The notes under the pieces are model-generated. The model was not told the DNA's origin, searched no databases, and saw nothing but the letters and a program-made list of their open reading frames with translations. Made by a program: the position numbers and the translations under genes. From Selaginella moellendorffii (taxonomy: Eukaryota > Plantae > Lycopodiophyta): a DNA stretch of 64,000 bases. This document shows, piece after piece, positions 11,320 to 23,956 of this stretch (position 1 is its first letter; each line of letters opens with the position of its first letter). The stretch covers positions 738,216-802,215 of the forward strand of contig NW_003314338.1 in the NCBI RefSeq assembly GCF_000143415.4, read 5' to 3'.

Positions 11320-14300
11320 TTATTGTTGCTGCTTGGCAGAAGACAATGACTGCCTCTGTAGCTGCTGCTGCTGCTGCTGCTGTGGCGATGGAGTCACAAG
11401 CTCGCCATTGATGGAGCCCCGGAGCGCCGGGACTCTGACCGCAAGCGTCTTGTACAGCCTTGCGTACCTTGCTCGCGTTCCATCGGCAGTCCGCGCGAGA
11501 GCTAGCTGACACAGGGCCTCTGGAAGCGGCGACAGCACCTCTCGCATCTCGTCCAGTGACAGCCCCGCCAGTGCCGCTGGAACCGGGACGGGAGCCACGG
11601 TCTCTCGCCCCGACTTGTCACCCAGGCTTGCCTGCGCTCGCACCACCAGCTCCAGCGATGGCGTAGCGCCGCACTTGATCACGAACGGCGTCGCCGTGCC
11701 GTTGTTGAACTGGAGAACGCTCCACTGCTGGACTCCCAGGTCGGAGGTGGCGTCACCCCAGTCGGATGACGAGGAGAGCTCCCCGGGGACTGGGATCTCG
11801 TCCGAGGATAGCCGGCTTCTCGAGTGGTTCGCCATTGTATCCGGTTGTTCTTCCACCGACTGGAAAGCGTTGTCAAGCTCAGCGCAAGGAAAGAAACAAA
11901 GTTTACGTACCTCCACCGCTTTCTTCATCTCCATGAGATGCCTCTGGGCGCAGCCTTGGTCGATGGCCAGCAGTGACGACATCCTGCCGTAGAGCTCGCT
12001 CACACGCGCCGACAGAGCTCGCTTTCTCGTTGCCGTGATGCTTTTGTGCGAGACTTCGCTTAAAATGTCCTGCAGTGACGAGTTTAGCGTTGAAAAGTAT
12101 GGTCAAACGGATATTAAGAGATACGAACCTGAGCACTTCGCACGATCTCTTCGATTGATATCAGCGACGCCAGGCGCGCGTCTTCGGTAGCTGTAGGAGG
12201 ATTTCGCAGCGGCGATCCACCTTCTTCCTTAGTCAACAGTGCAACGTCAGTGCGCATGCTCTGCAAGATCTGCATAGCTCAAAGAACACTTAGAAGCTGC
12301 AAACTCTAAACTATATAATACCCTTCGACGTTTATGTTCCACAGACTCCAAGGCAGATCTCAACTTTGAAATTTGAGAAAGATCGTCTGCATCTTCTGTC
12401 GCTAGCGTAGCTGCAACGTCCTGAAACCAAGGAATCTCAGTAGTGCAAACAAACATGCAAAGTTTTTTGAGCCACACCTTGAGATGTTGCAATTGAGAGG
12501 TATAAACACGTTTTGTGTAATCTGAAAGGAGCTGACCAAGTGCGTCCGTGCTGGTCCCAGAAGGCATGCCCAGACCAGCCATCCAGCCGTCCATAATTGC
12601 AGTGGAAAGAAGCTCCAAGTGCCCGGCACCACCTCCATTGCTTTCGCCTCCAGTCAAAGACAAAAAGTCGAAGTTCTCGGCTAGCCATGCCCGTATTTGT
12701 CTTTGCAGCTCCCCAGCAGGTGTATGTACAAATAAAGCTGCCAACATCTTATTGCTCACAGCATATTGTCTTGCGTCTTCAGTCATTTCTCGTAACTTAG
12801 CTCCAGTGATATGTTGTTTCCACGTCTCCTGCTCAAGAAAAACCAAATTAGAAAGAAAGAAAGAAAGAAAGAAAAAGGCCGTGTTGCTACGTACCTGATC
12901 AATTCCTCTGAGCTTCAATACGATAGAAGAGAATTTTGACTTTCTTTCTTGCTTCAGTTGAACTTTAAAAGTTGGAATGTCCTCGTAAAAATCTTTCCGC
13001 GAGTTTGAATCCTGCCAAATCGGAGATCTAGCAGGGCTGCTCCCTCTACTCGGTCCTCTGCTACGCGACGCACCGGCCCGCTCTAAGAACCGCTCCACAG
13101 GTGGCATCTACATCCACCGAGAAATACAATCAGCATAACCGCAAAGAGATTGGAATTTGTACGTACTTTGATAGCTTGGAGATCTGATGAACGAGATAGA
13201 AGAGAACGAATGTAAAGGATCCGGACGCGCGAAACTAGCATGGTGTCCATAACCTTCAAAGGCTCCATTTTTCTGATAAAAGAGAAGACAGCACCACGAA
13301 TTTCGGCTAGCATTTCGTGCTCCCTTGCTGCGCCTGCCTTGATGACGGCAGCTAAAACCTGGTAGAGAAACAAAACACCAGTTAACGCGCTGTAAATGCT
13401 CGAAAGATAACGTGTACCAGCATAAGAAGCTTATTCGCTCCATCAGCAATGGCTGCCGGACCCTCGTATTGATCTGGATTAAAGTCCTCCAGAGCGGAGG
13501 TAAGGTACTCCCCAGCCGGTGTAGTCTTCACTTTCTCCGTACTTTTCAAGAGAGCAACTGTTCCCGGAGTTACAGACCCACTTTCAGTTTTCTTCCCGCT
13601 TCTGTGACACACAGAAAGTGTTGAGAAAAAGTAATGAGCAGACCGTCATAAGCGTACCTAGCCGGTTCATCTAAATCGTAGCCGTCTACTTCTTTATTCT
13701 CTGGCGGAGGAGGAACCTGCAAACAGGGCTGAGAGAAGTTCTGCAAAAGGAAATAAAAAGCTTGCCTTCGGAGAATTTACACTTTTGTCGGTCAAACGTT
13801 CAAACAGCTTCTCATTTTCTTGGTGCAGACGCTGCACGAAAATGCATGAGAATACTAGAAAAAAACAAGAGAAATACCCACACCTCTATGAGCTCGTCCC
13901 GTTTTGAAAGCTCTTCCTCGAGCTTCAGTTTGACGGCAATAACAGTCTCAGTTTCTTCTTTCTTGAAAGAGTCCTGTCTTGGATTTTTAAATATGTTACC
14001 ATCAACACTCCTGCGTGGAACTTGCTGCTGCAATTCTTTGATCTTTGCCTGCAGAAACATATCAGTGAAAGTTCTGCATAGCACCATTTGTTACATACCT
14101 CAAGTACTTGGATCTGCTCTCCACGATCAAGGAGTTCGATTCTTTGATCTTGCTCAATTTTTGACAGCTGCGCCACTTGAGAGCTAAGCTGACTGTTTCT
14201 TTCTTTCTCAAGACGATACTTTTCTCCATACTCGCTACTTTCTACCTGAACTCGAATATAAGATTTTCTTTGTCGAGCGAATAATGGAGAACTCTACCTT

Positions 14301-16465
14301 AAGCTTACTGATGTGAGCTTGTTGCACGCCAAGTTCAGCCTGAAGGTCAAAAGCTACTTTCCAAGCCTTCTGTACTTCGTTGAAAAGCAGCAGACATTGA
14401 TCATCCGAATCTTTCATGGACTTCTTCGTTCTCATGATTTCTTGTTGCAAATCAGAGACTAGTTTCTCCTTTTCGTAGGATTCTTTTCTGGCATCATTTG
14501 CCTGCCGAAAAAATTTTCAGAAAGACAATGGAAGGATTGTGCACATGCCGTACCAGATCTCGCCATTTCTTTATGGTGTCACGATTTCCAATAGTTAACT
14601 CAACATTACGTGCACGAGTAGCAAAATTGAGAGATGACACCGTTTCCTGAACATTGTTGTAACTTGGACAAAGGTTTATAATCACCAGTGTTTTCGCCTC
14701 ACCACCTGTACTCAAAGTCAATGAATGCTTCAGTAGCAAAAACAACGTACCCAAGGCATCGGAAAAGATCTCAGTCAACTTTGAATTGCTGTAGGGAACA
14801 TTCTCCTTCTTCGCAGTTAGAGCGGAAACAACATCTCCCAATCTGCAAACTAATACTCGTCGGACATGTACTTAGCAAACAAGTTTTACTCACGCAGAAA
14901 GAGCTTTGTTAACGTGTAGTGACTCTGTCAGTCGGTTCCCGCGGGCTTCAGAGTCCGATAGCCTTTCGCTTCCCGCCATATCCACCATAGACAGCTTACT
15001 ATACTGCTTTTCGCCGGAAACTGTATTCGAATAATGGATATGAACAGTGACAATCCTGAAAAGCACCCGAATCAAATATGTCAATGTAAAAGAACCAGCT
15101 TACAAGTGAGATCTGTTCACTCTTTCCGACTTCAAGGCCTCTACACGACTCTGATTGCCCATTCTGAAGACACGAGCAAAGTCGGCGGGATTGTCGACTC
15201 GTTGTTGGGCAAGAGATACAGTCCCCATTTGCACCACTCCTGCCGACACTCCATTGCCTAGAAGATCTCGAACCTAGTTCACAAAGTTAAGAACACGAGC
15301 CAGTGATTGCATGAGACTATTTGTACCTGTTCGTTATGAAGTTCGAACATGGTAACAAAAAAGAGATACTTAGAGGTTGAGGTCGAATCCGTTATAGAGA
15401 GATCGAACAGCTCCTCAAATGCTCTAAAATAAAGACCACGGTCATGGCTCGGCCCTTCCTGTAAAAAGACACATGGTAAGCCTTAACAAAAACCGGAACT
15501 TTAGTTTACCATAGTGTGTGTCTTCCCTGCTCCGGTTTGCCCGTAAGCAAACATACAGACATTATAGCCATCCAAAGCAGACTGCACTAAAGGCTGGACA
15601 TCTTGAAAAATGCTCGCTGGAGTAAAAACAATAGTGAGTTCAATCTAATACCGACTAACGACCATACGTTACCTTGACCAACATGAGGACCATAAACGCG
15701 ATCAAACTCAAACTCCTTCCGGCCAGGGCTCACTCCGACATTCCCAGCGGATGTCAGGCTTACGCGAATCGTGTAGTCATCAGGAAAAGACACTGCCATT
15801 GGCCCTTCATCCTCAAACTGAGGTCTCACTCGAACGAAGACGCGAATATTTCCTGGAACCACAGTGCTCTCATTCGAACGTCACACAACTCGAAATTCTC
15901 TATACCTTTGATAGTAAGCAGCTCGTTGAAAAGTTTCTTTCGCTCTTTCTTCAACGGGGCTTGTCGATCTTCGGAGTCCAACGCAACCTCATCTTCAGTA
16001 CGAGGAAACAAAGAATTACATAGAATTGCGGAGAGAATCGAAGTAGAAGAATCTTACCTAGCTTTCGAGCCTTTTCAGCAAGAACACCCAGATAACGCGT
16101 CACCCTTCCAAGCTTTGCATTAGAATACTCTTGCAAATCACTCGCCTCCTGTCTTAGTTCCAAACATTCATCACGAGCGCTCTGGAAACACAAGAAAAAT
16201 TCAAGAAATTGGAGCAAGAGATAGAAAAGAATAAACATACTGTCACGCGCTCCTTGAGCCTGGAAACTCGATTTGCCAGCGCCTTCTTCGCCGAGTCTGG
16301 CGAGATACTCTTAGTAACGCTCATCCTCCTGCTGCTGGGTAGAGGACTTTTCACTACTGGCGGCTCCTCCTCGGCCACATCCCCAAGCTCGGCATCAGCA
16401 TTCTTCCTCGACTCGTAAGTGGGAAGACCCCAGCTCCAAGAAGGACGCACCGCCGAATCCCCCAT
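11320..16465 (-). CDS. KAC: Kinesin-14 KAC/KCA (chloroplast movement kinesin-like protein), multi-exon
   Basis: Start [15 protein letters not shown]; [27 protein letters not shown]; [11 protein letters not shown]; P-loop [14 protein letters not shown]; DMAGSE; KAC C-terminal motifs [57 protein letters not shown]. Confidence 0.95.
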
Positions 16466-18255
16466 TACTGCCCTACCCGATAGCAAAATCCAAGCTGCGA
16501 CCTCTACATTGCTACAAGGCTCGATCGGGAAGGACGAAATACCGGATTACTGCGAAGGAAACAGCTGCCGCTTCCAAGATCCGAGCTACGATCCATCCTG
16601 TGAGTCAAATTCATCCGCCGCTGCCTGCGATCGAATGCTCCAGCTCAAAATCCCACAAGAATCGCATCAACAGGGAGAATTCTCCCCCCAAGAAAGAAGA
16701 CCTGGAGAACAAGAACCCTAAAACTTATTCACCCCTGTATAGAAACGTAAGATTCCCTCGCGCCTTTCACAATATCCATTCCGCCACAGCAGCGCTCCCT
16801 CCGCCAATGCCCAGATCGCAGTCGTCCATGTTGCCCCATCCACGGCCGCGGGCGCGCCAGCACGAGCGCAAGATCTCGGGCGAATCCAGGCCGTTGATCC
16901 GCTCGCCCATTCCGCAAGGATCCGTTGGCCGCGCAGTCCCCATTACAGCCCATCCCCACCGTCCACTCGCGACAAAAGCTTTCCATCATTGTATTGCTCG
17001 CTTGTATCATACTGCATGGACGGCAATGATGCGTCGTAGCTCCGACGCTACACTAGGTGAAGGCTTTGCGAGCCCTTGAAGGAACAACGAAAGTAAAAAA
17101 CAAAACAAAATATATCGGATATTCGACCGATACTGCCACGTGTCAGGCAGTTGCGAAGGATGATGGCGCGCGTGACTGCGGCGCATCCATACATGTCCTA
17201 TCTATTCACGTTGTTTGCGATCCCAAGGATGAGGCTCACAGCCACACTACGTCATGGAATACGGACAGCCACAACTTAAGTTCCTCCAATATTTAGGGCA
17301 AAGTAGAACCCTAAACCCTGACAAGCAATCAAATGCAAGCCAACAAAAGCAAGGCTTGGAAGGAACAAAATGGAGCTTTCGGTTTTATTGCACGAATTTT
17401 GTCTAGGCTGCAAAGCTGAATCACTATTCCTTTGTTAATTTCAATCACTATATCAAGTTTCAATCACTCTTTTTTCAATCACTATTTCAAGTTTTCTCTT
17501 TTTAAATCACTTGATTCAATTTCTTTGTGAGGTTTTCTCATTTTTCAATAACTATTTCAAGTAGTCTGTTAACAACTAGTCAGCGACCTCGATGACCCGC
17601 CAGGGGATCTAGTGTTTGCTCTCACTGGGGATGAACTTTTGTGGTGATTCTTAGTTTATGTAAGGTACACTAATGAACTTGTACTATGTTTACAATTTCT
17701 TGGACTGAAACACCATAATGAAGCATACTGCAAATGACATTTCAGTCAATCTTGGCCTACACAGCACAACGTGCAGTTCTCACAAATTTTAAGACTAAAA
17801 AACAATTCTAGCACACTCACCTAAAGGGGCTGGGACATGGCCCAGCCACATGCACACCTGAAATTGTCACCGCATATGGTTCAGCCACCTTCTGGTCGCC
17901 ACAGATCCACAGGCCACTTCACAAGGACAAACTCATATAAATTCATCTTATTAAGTTGATTAGTCATCAATTGATCAATCAACTCCTGAATTGATCAAAC
18001 AAATCCTGAATTTATCAATCAACTCAGCATGAATTGATATGAATTGATCAATTTATGAATCAATCAAATTATTAATAAAATAAAATGGTTAATTATGAAG
18101 CACACTTTGTCCACCGTACAGAGGGTTTGTGGACAATGTTGAATTCAGGAGTGATCACTTTTCCACCTTATATTTCTTCAACCATGCGTCTTCGATGCGT
18201 TGCCCACATTTGACCGATGCAATAAAATTAGAGGCACCATCATTTATTTCTCTCT

Positions 18256-19494
18256 CTAGATTTTGGCTTTGTTTGTGGCCCTCCACAAAGTTTGGCCCCG
18301 GAGTACCTCAGAGCCACGGTCTTGCAGTAGCAAACGGTGTACGAACTCCACACCGGTTGGGGTTTGGCTCTTGAGACGGCACAGAGACCGTACAGGTTGT
18401 GCTTCGCGACACTCCCGCTTGAATTCGAGGGTCACTCGCGCAAGTTCATGGCTCTTTAGTACGGACGGTGGAACAGCCTAAGAATCAAAGGTTACAAGAG
18501 TTCAAAGAAACATTTGATGCATTGTAAGACCTCTAAAAGCCAACGAAAGTATCTCGAGTTGTTCACGTGTTGATTCATGTCTAAATCATTGTGGTGTGCC
18601 TGCAAATATTCTCGCAAAATTTGATTTCAAACATGTTTTTCAGAAAACTAGAGCTTACTCTCAGGTCAGATCGAACGTATTCAGCTTGGCTTGCAACGAT
18701 TTCTTCTATGTCGTCTAAAGGATCGCCATCTTCTCCGAGAGCTCGAGACTCTTCGTTAAAGAAGGGCATGATCTCGTTCCATACCTCGTAGGGAATCTTG
18801 GAGAACCTCCTTGTTTCGGTGTTGATCATCAGCCAAGTGCTAAAGCATCCTTGTTTAAATTATTTCACTAATATGAAAAGAGAAAAGATTACCTCGTTGC
18901 CCGGGCCAAAATTGAGCGAGTGTTTTGATCTTTGATCAGCCAATCTCCGTGCATGCCAAGCCTGTCACCCAAAGCTCTCGTCCAGGTTTCGATCTCCACG
19001 ATATCATTCCTATTAAATCAAAGCCATGAATTCATATAGTTTAAAGAACTTTGCTTACCAAGATGGATAAGTATCGATTTTGAGATGGATAAACGCTACT
19101 ACCCAGGTTACACTATTCCTCCTCATGCTCGGGCTCGTCCAAATTCCATCCTTGCTAAATCCGTCAGTCCTGGACATATGATTTACTGCAAACTCCTGTA
19201 GAAAAAAAGGAAATTTCGAAACCAAAGTTTCGCTATGATCCCAAAGTTTCTTTGCAAGTGTTATATATGATCACCACTTACTTGAAGTAAGCTCATCATA
19301 GTCTCCACTGTGGCAGTCTTGTTAGCCCCAACTTCGTAGGATCGAATTGTAAAGCATTGCTTCTTCGTCCTCGAAGGAGATCTATCTTTGAGAGAAGAAG
19401 CCAATGCTGATAATACCTTGAGTGCCCTGTTCAAGCCCTTGGATGTGATAGAGTTCTTCACACTAGAGATTTCCTCTGGAGTGGAAGAAGCCAT
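18256..19494 (-). CDS. Acyl-ACP thioesterase (FatA-like), 6 exons; mostly missed by the ORF track
   Basis: Spliced: FTIRSYEVGANKTATVETMMSLLQE...YPSWNDIVEIETW...DWLIKD...ARATSTWLMINTETRR...DLDMNQHVNNSRYFRWLLE...LEFKREC...RGQTLW; catalytic-region NQHVNN intact and the junctions checked stay in frame. Confidence 0.92.
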
Positions 19495-19633
19495 TGGACA
19501 ATCAGCCCAAGAACTTTAATGGACAATAAAACCCTAATTCTAGTATACAAGGGTAAAAAAGTATTAGTTAAAATCATCCAAGGGTTAAAAGCTACAGTTA
19601 AAATTTCCTCCATTTTTAGGGCTCTTGCGGGCG

Positions 19634-20080
19634 ATGGCGGAGGGCGGCGACGGTGAGCTCGGCAGCGAGCAGGCTGTGGCATCGCGGTGGAGCTTCATGA
19701 GGTCAGAGCTGAACCAGCTCCACTCCAAGGTCACGGAGATGGAGCTGGAGCTGAGCGAGCATGCCCTAGTGATCGGCGCCATCAAGCCGCTGGATCCGGC
19801 CAGGAAGTGCTTCCGGCTGATCGGCGGCGTCCTGGTGGAGCGCACGGTGGGCGAGGTCCTGCCGGCCGTGCAGAGGAACAGGGAGGGGCTGGAGGACATG
19901 ATCAAGCGCCTGGCGGAGGCGCTGGAGAGGAAGAAGCGAGAAATCGCTGAGTTTGAGGCCAAGTATAAGATCAAGATCAGGAGGGCGGATGAAGTAGCGG
20001 ACGAAGAACAGGCCAAGAATCAAAATGCCGTCGCTGGTGCTGCCGCGCAGGGTGTCTTGGTGGGTTCTTCTTCCTCGTAG
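19634..20080 (+). CDS. PFD2: Prefoldin subunit 2 (intronless)
   Basis: KVTEMELELSEHALVIGAIKPLDPARKCFRLIGGVLVERTVGEVLPAVQRN. Confidence 0.95.
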   Translation: MAEGGDGELGSEQAVASRWSFMRSELNQLHSKVTEMELELSEHALVIGAIKPLDPARKCFRLIGGVLVERTVGEVLPAVQRNREGLEDMIKRLAEALERKKREIAEFEAKYKIKIRRADEVADEEQAKNQNAVAGAAAQGVLVGSSSS

Positions 20081-20237
20081 TTCTTCCTCAAGTTCTTTCT
20101 TCTTCATCATAGTTCTTCCTCATAGTTTTCTTTCTCTCGAGTTCTTCTAGCTGATAGACTCTGGTCTAGTTTCTTCTACTTAGAGACGGAGGGAGGGATT
20201 GCTTATCTTTCTTTAGGAGGAGGAGTTCTCGTAGAGG

Positions 20238-20996
20238 TCAGGATGTCCAGACGCTGCTACTTTCGATCAAGTCCCTGCTATAGTGGTGGTGATCATCGGG
20301 TGTTTGCAACGCTACTGCCTTGTAGAGGTGGTGCTGTTCTTGGAGAGAAGAGGCGGTGGTGGAAGGCTGGAGTTGGAAAGGTTCTCGATGTTGGTGCTGG
20401 AATTTGAGCAAGACCATCTCCGACTGGGCCGCCGAGAGTTGCTTCCGGAGCTGGGCGATCTGCTGCTGCAAGGTGAAGATCGCTCCCAGGCAGCCGTAGA
20501 CGGGGTCGCGGATTCTCGCGTTGGCCTCGTAGACGATGCTCGCCACCGCGTCCCGCCGCCGCTCCACGGGAAGTTCCTTGGGAGGGAGAGAAAGATCAAG
20601 AGGTAGAAAGCGGAAAAAACTCTTCTTTTTTTTCGATCGAATTCTCGTTCTTACCTGTAGCATCTTGCTCACATTGCTAGCGCCGAAGATCTTGTGGACT
20701 TGCGCGAACTTTTGCGGCTCGCTCGAGGAGAAGTAAGGCGCAAAGACGCACTCTCTGGTGCATTTGCGCCGCAAGAGCTTACACGCGGCGCAGGGGGACG
20801 AAGAAGAGGAGCGCGGAGGCGAGGAAGAGGATGAGGATCCCGGCGGCTTCGCCGCCGCCGCTCGCGATTGGTGGTGGAGCTCCAGCGCTGCGAATTGCCA
20901 AGAAAGAATTCGAGAGATTGGATCGATTTTTCGATCGCTTCCCCGGATTGATTGAAGAGGGAGCCAAAGTGAAAAGTCAAAACCTTGCGCGATCAT
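20238..20996 (-). CDS. LBD: LOB-domain (LBD, class I) transcription factor
   Basis: CAACKLLRRKC motif, FAPYF, VHKIFGASNVSK, YEANARIRDPVYGC and leucine zipper; introns about 20888-20983 and 20577-20654. Confidence 0.93.
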   Translation of the reverse strand: MIAQGFDFSLWLPLQSIRGSDRKIDPISRILSWQFAALELHHQSRAAAAKPPGSSSSSSPPRSSSSSPCAACKLLRRKCTRECVFAPYFSSSEPQKFAQVHKIFGASNVSKMLQVRTRIRSKKKKSFFRFLPLDLSLPPKELPVERRRDAVASIVYEANARIRDPVYGCLGAIFTLQQQIAQLRKQLSAAQSEMVLLKFQHQHREPFQLQPSTTASSLQEQHHLYKAVALQTPDDHHHYSRDLIESSSVWTS

Positions 20997-21083
20997 GAGG
21001 CCCCGTTGACTAAATGTACTTCAACGGAGGAGAATCGCGGGGAATATGCTTCTAGAGCTGACAGTTATTTAACTTTCGCGGGG

Positions 21084-23854
21084 ATGAGCAGCGAAGGCGA
21101 CAATGAGATTGACAACGCAAATGCGAGCGAAGGTAAAACTTTCTTTGGCTTTTTCCTGGCTGCGTTTGATCGAACGATCGCTTTGAGCTGGAGTGGATCT
21201 TGGGTTCTTTTTTTTTTTTTTGCTCTTCGTATGTATATTCCAGCTGATCTTGTGTCGATTGTTTTGGATGTTTCTTCGTTGCAGAGAATGAAGAGGAGAG
21301 CGATGATGATTTCAACTACGAAGAGGAGTTGGAATTCGATAGCGGCTCCGAGCCTGACGAGACGCAGTCGGAGGATTTGGATGCTACGCTCAGATCGCTC
21401 GAGAAGCTGTCTTACATGCTTGGTACGGACAAACCCTTCCTTTTGTGTTTTCTTTCTGGAACACAGTTCCGTGGTCCAGGCAAAGGCAAGCAAGGGACGG
21501 ATGCCGCCGTCACGCGCAAGCCGGAAGTTGCCGACGATTTCGTGAGGAACTTCTTGATCCGGATGGGCATGACAAAAACAGTAGCTACATTCGAAGTGAG
21601 TCAAAGAAAACTTTCTTTTGTTCTCCACAGTGACTGTTTCTCCTGTTCTGTTTTCTAGACAGAATGGTACCAGATACGAGAGAAGAAACGAATTCTAGAC
21701 AGCCAGATTGGACTCGTGCCTGATGAGTACGTGAGGAGCATGAAACAGGACGAAATCGTCACCAGTTTGCAGCACCAGCTCAAGCAGGCAAATCTTCTGG
21801 CACAGTATGAAACTCTGGCATTCTTATCATCGCTTTGTCTTCTTTGATTTTTCTTCTTTCCTGTGTTTCCTCTATTGCATCTTTGTATCTGGGCCTAAAT
21901 TTGACAACTTTCAGACTGCAGATACCGCCATGAAATGCTCGAGAAGCTCCGAAGGGAGAGAAACGTCCACCGTATGCACCACCGGCGCATCGCCCAAGAG
22001 AAAAACAGGCTCATTGTCGACGTCAAGGTTGGAAAAAACGTAGTTTCTCAAACTTATCATCTTTTTCATTTCCTTCCAGAGGCTCAGGAAGCACTATGCA
22101 CAGTACGAGCCGATCATCCGGGAGCTCAAGAAGAAATACGACACGTTAATGCGGACCAAATCCATGATAGCTTTGGAGCGAGACAGGCTTCAAGCGCTGG
22201 TAATTGCTTGTTTTTTTCATGCAAAATTCGGAGACTTTGAGAGGTTTTTCTTTGCTTTTGTTCTTGCAGCTTGCGGCTTCCGAATCTGGCTCCGAGTCAT
22301 CCTATGGAACTGGCACTGTTTCGAGCAAGGCCAAGTCCGCCAAGGACTTGGCCGCAAGGAGCAGCAGCATGTCCGGCCAGATCTACCGAGCCGCCGACCC
22401 TCTCTCAATCCCTCGAGCCGTCTCGGCTATCTCGCAAGAGCCCACCATCGTCAAAACTTTCGTGCTCCAGAAGACTTTCAAAGGCCATACCATGCCGATA
22501 AGCAAGTAAGTCTCCTCAGATCCTTCTCTAATAGTTTTCAATTTTTCTAGCAACTCTTCTTTCTATTAGTTTTCCTCCTTCCAAGTTGAAGACTTACTGT
22601 ATTGTATTGGTTTTTGCAGTGTTGTTCTTCATCCAAAGAAGCCAGTTGGGGTGACGGCGTCAGATGATTCGACCTGGCAAATGTGGGGTCTTCCCGCTGG
22701 TGATCTGATCATGACCGGAGATGGACACAAGAGCTGGGTGGCGGGTATCGATTTTCATCCAAAGTTGTGCCAAACTTTTCTTCTTACTTCTCGAGAATCA
22801 AGCCTCAAATCTAGCCTTCTTCTCTTTGCAGTGGGATGCAATTGTCTTCGTCATCTGGAGACTGCACAGTCAAAGTATGGAGCTTTGAAAAGGCCTGCTG
22901 CATACACACATTCTCGGATCACACGCAGGTTCTCAAAAATTCTCTCTCCCTGTTTTTTTTTTTTTATTGTTCTTCGCAAACTTTACGTGTTTGCTCAGGC
23001 TGTTTGGGGAGTTTCGTACCACAACAGCGGTGAAGTTCTCGCCAGTGCTTCCATGGACCACACCGCACGCATCTGGGACCTCGTCAGGCATGCAAAGATT
23101 GAAACTCTCTTTCCGTGCAAAGCTAGACTGACTCGTAATTTTTACTTTGTTTTTTCTTTGCCTTGGTCAGCATGAAGTGTAGAGGCACGCTCAGAGGTCA
23201 CGTAGACTCGGTAAATGGCTGCATTTGGCAGCCTTACAACAGTATTCTTTGCACGGCTTCCAGCGACAAAACCGTCAGCTTGTGGGACGCGCGCTCCTCG
23301 CTCTGTGTCCAAACGTTTTACGGCCACCAAAGCTCTTGCAACCACGCAGCTTTCGACCCAAAGGTAACTCTTCCGAAGTTATAAGCTCTTTTCGATCGAG
23401 TAATCTCACTTCATGCACAGAAAAGCTATAACCCCGCATGATTCTTGAACCTCTTTGTCTTGAAACTTCCAGGGAGAGACGGTGGTGTCTGTCGATGCAA
23501 ATGGGATCGTAAAGATCTGGGACATTCGCAAAGTTGCCGAGTACGCCACCATCGACGTTGGGCCTCATCCGGCAAACAAATGCGCGGTGGACAAGAGTGG
23601 CTACGTCGTCGCGATCGCAAGCAGCGACAGTACCATCAAATGGTAGCGTCCTCTTTCTCTTTTCCTCCGTGGTTTCTTTCTTCCTTCTCAGTGACTCTAT
23701 ACTATCTGGCAGCTTCCAAACTTACGGGGAGGTGGTTCCAATTCGAGAGTTTCAAGGGCACACCGACGCCGTCCAGGCAGTGGTGTTTGATCGAGCTGGG
23801 AAGTACATGGTCTCGGCTGGGAGTGATTGCACCTTTCGCATCTGGGGGCCATAG
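21084..23854 (+). CDS. PF20: Flagellar central-apparatus WD40 protein PF20/SPAG16, multi-exon
   Basis: VADDFVRNFLIRMGMTKTVATFETEWY, RERNVHRMHHRRIAQEKNRL...LRKHYAQYEP, then WD40 repeats (FKGH, GHKSWV, LRGHVDSVN, FYGH, FQGHTDAV...FRIW). Confidence 0.92.
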
Positions 23855-23956
23855 TGGACTTTTGCTGACTTTACTCATTGGCTTTCAAAAAGGGAATTTG
23901 ACTATATAGTTGAATGAATGTCCTAAAAAGAAAGGTTGACAAGAACGACTTCCTCC

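Noticed and set aside
17420-18075. Short ttcaatcact and aattgatcaat repeats
   Set aside because: Low-complexity DNA with no termini or structure found.
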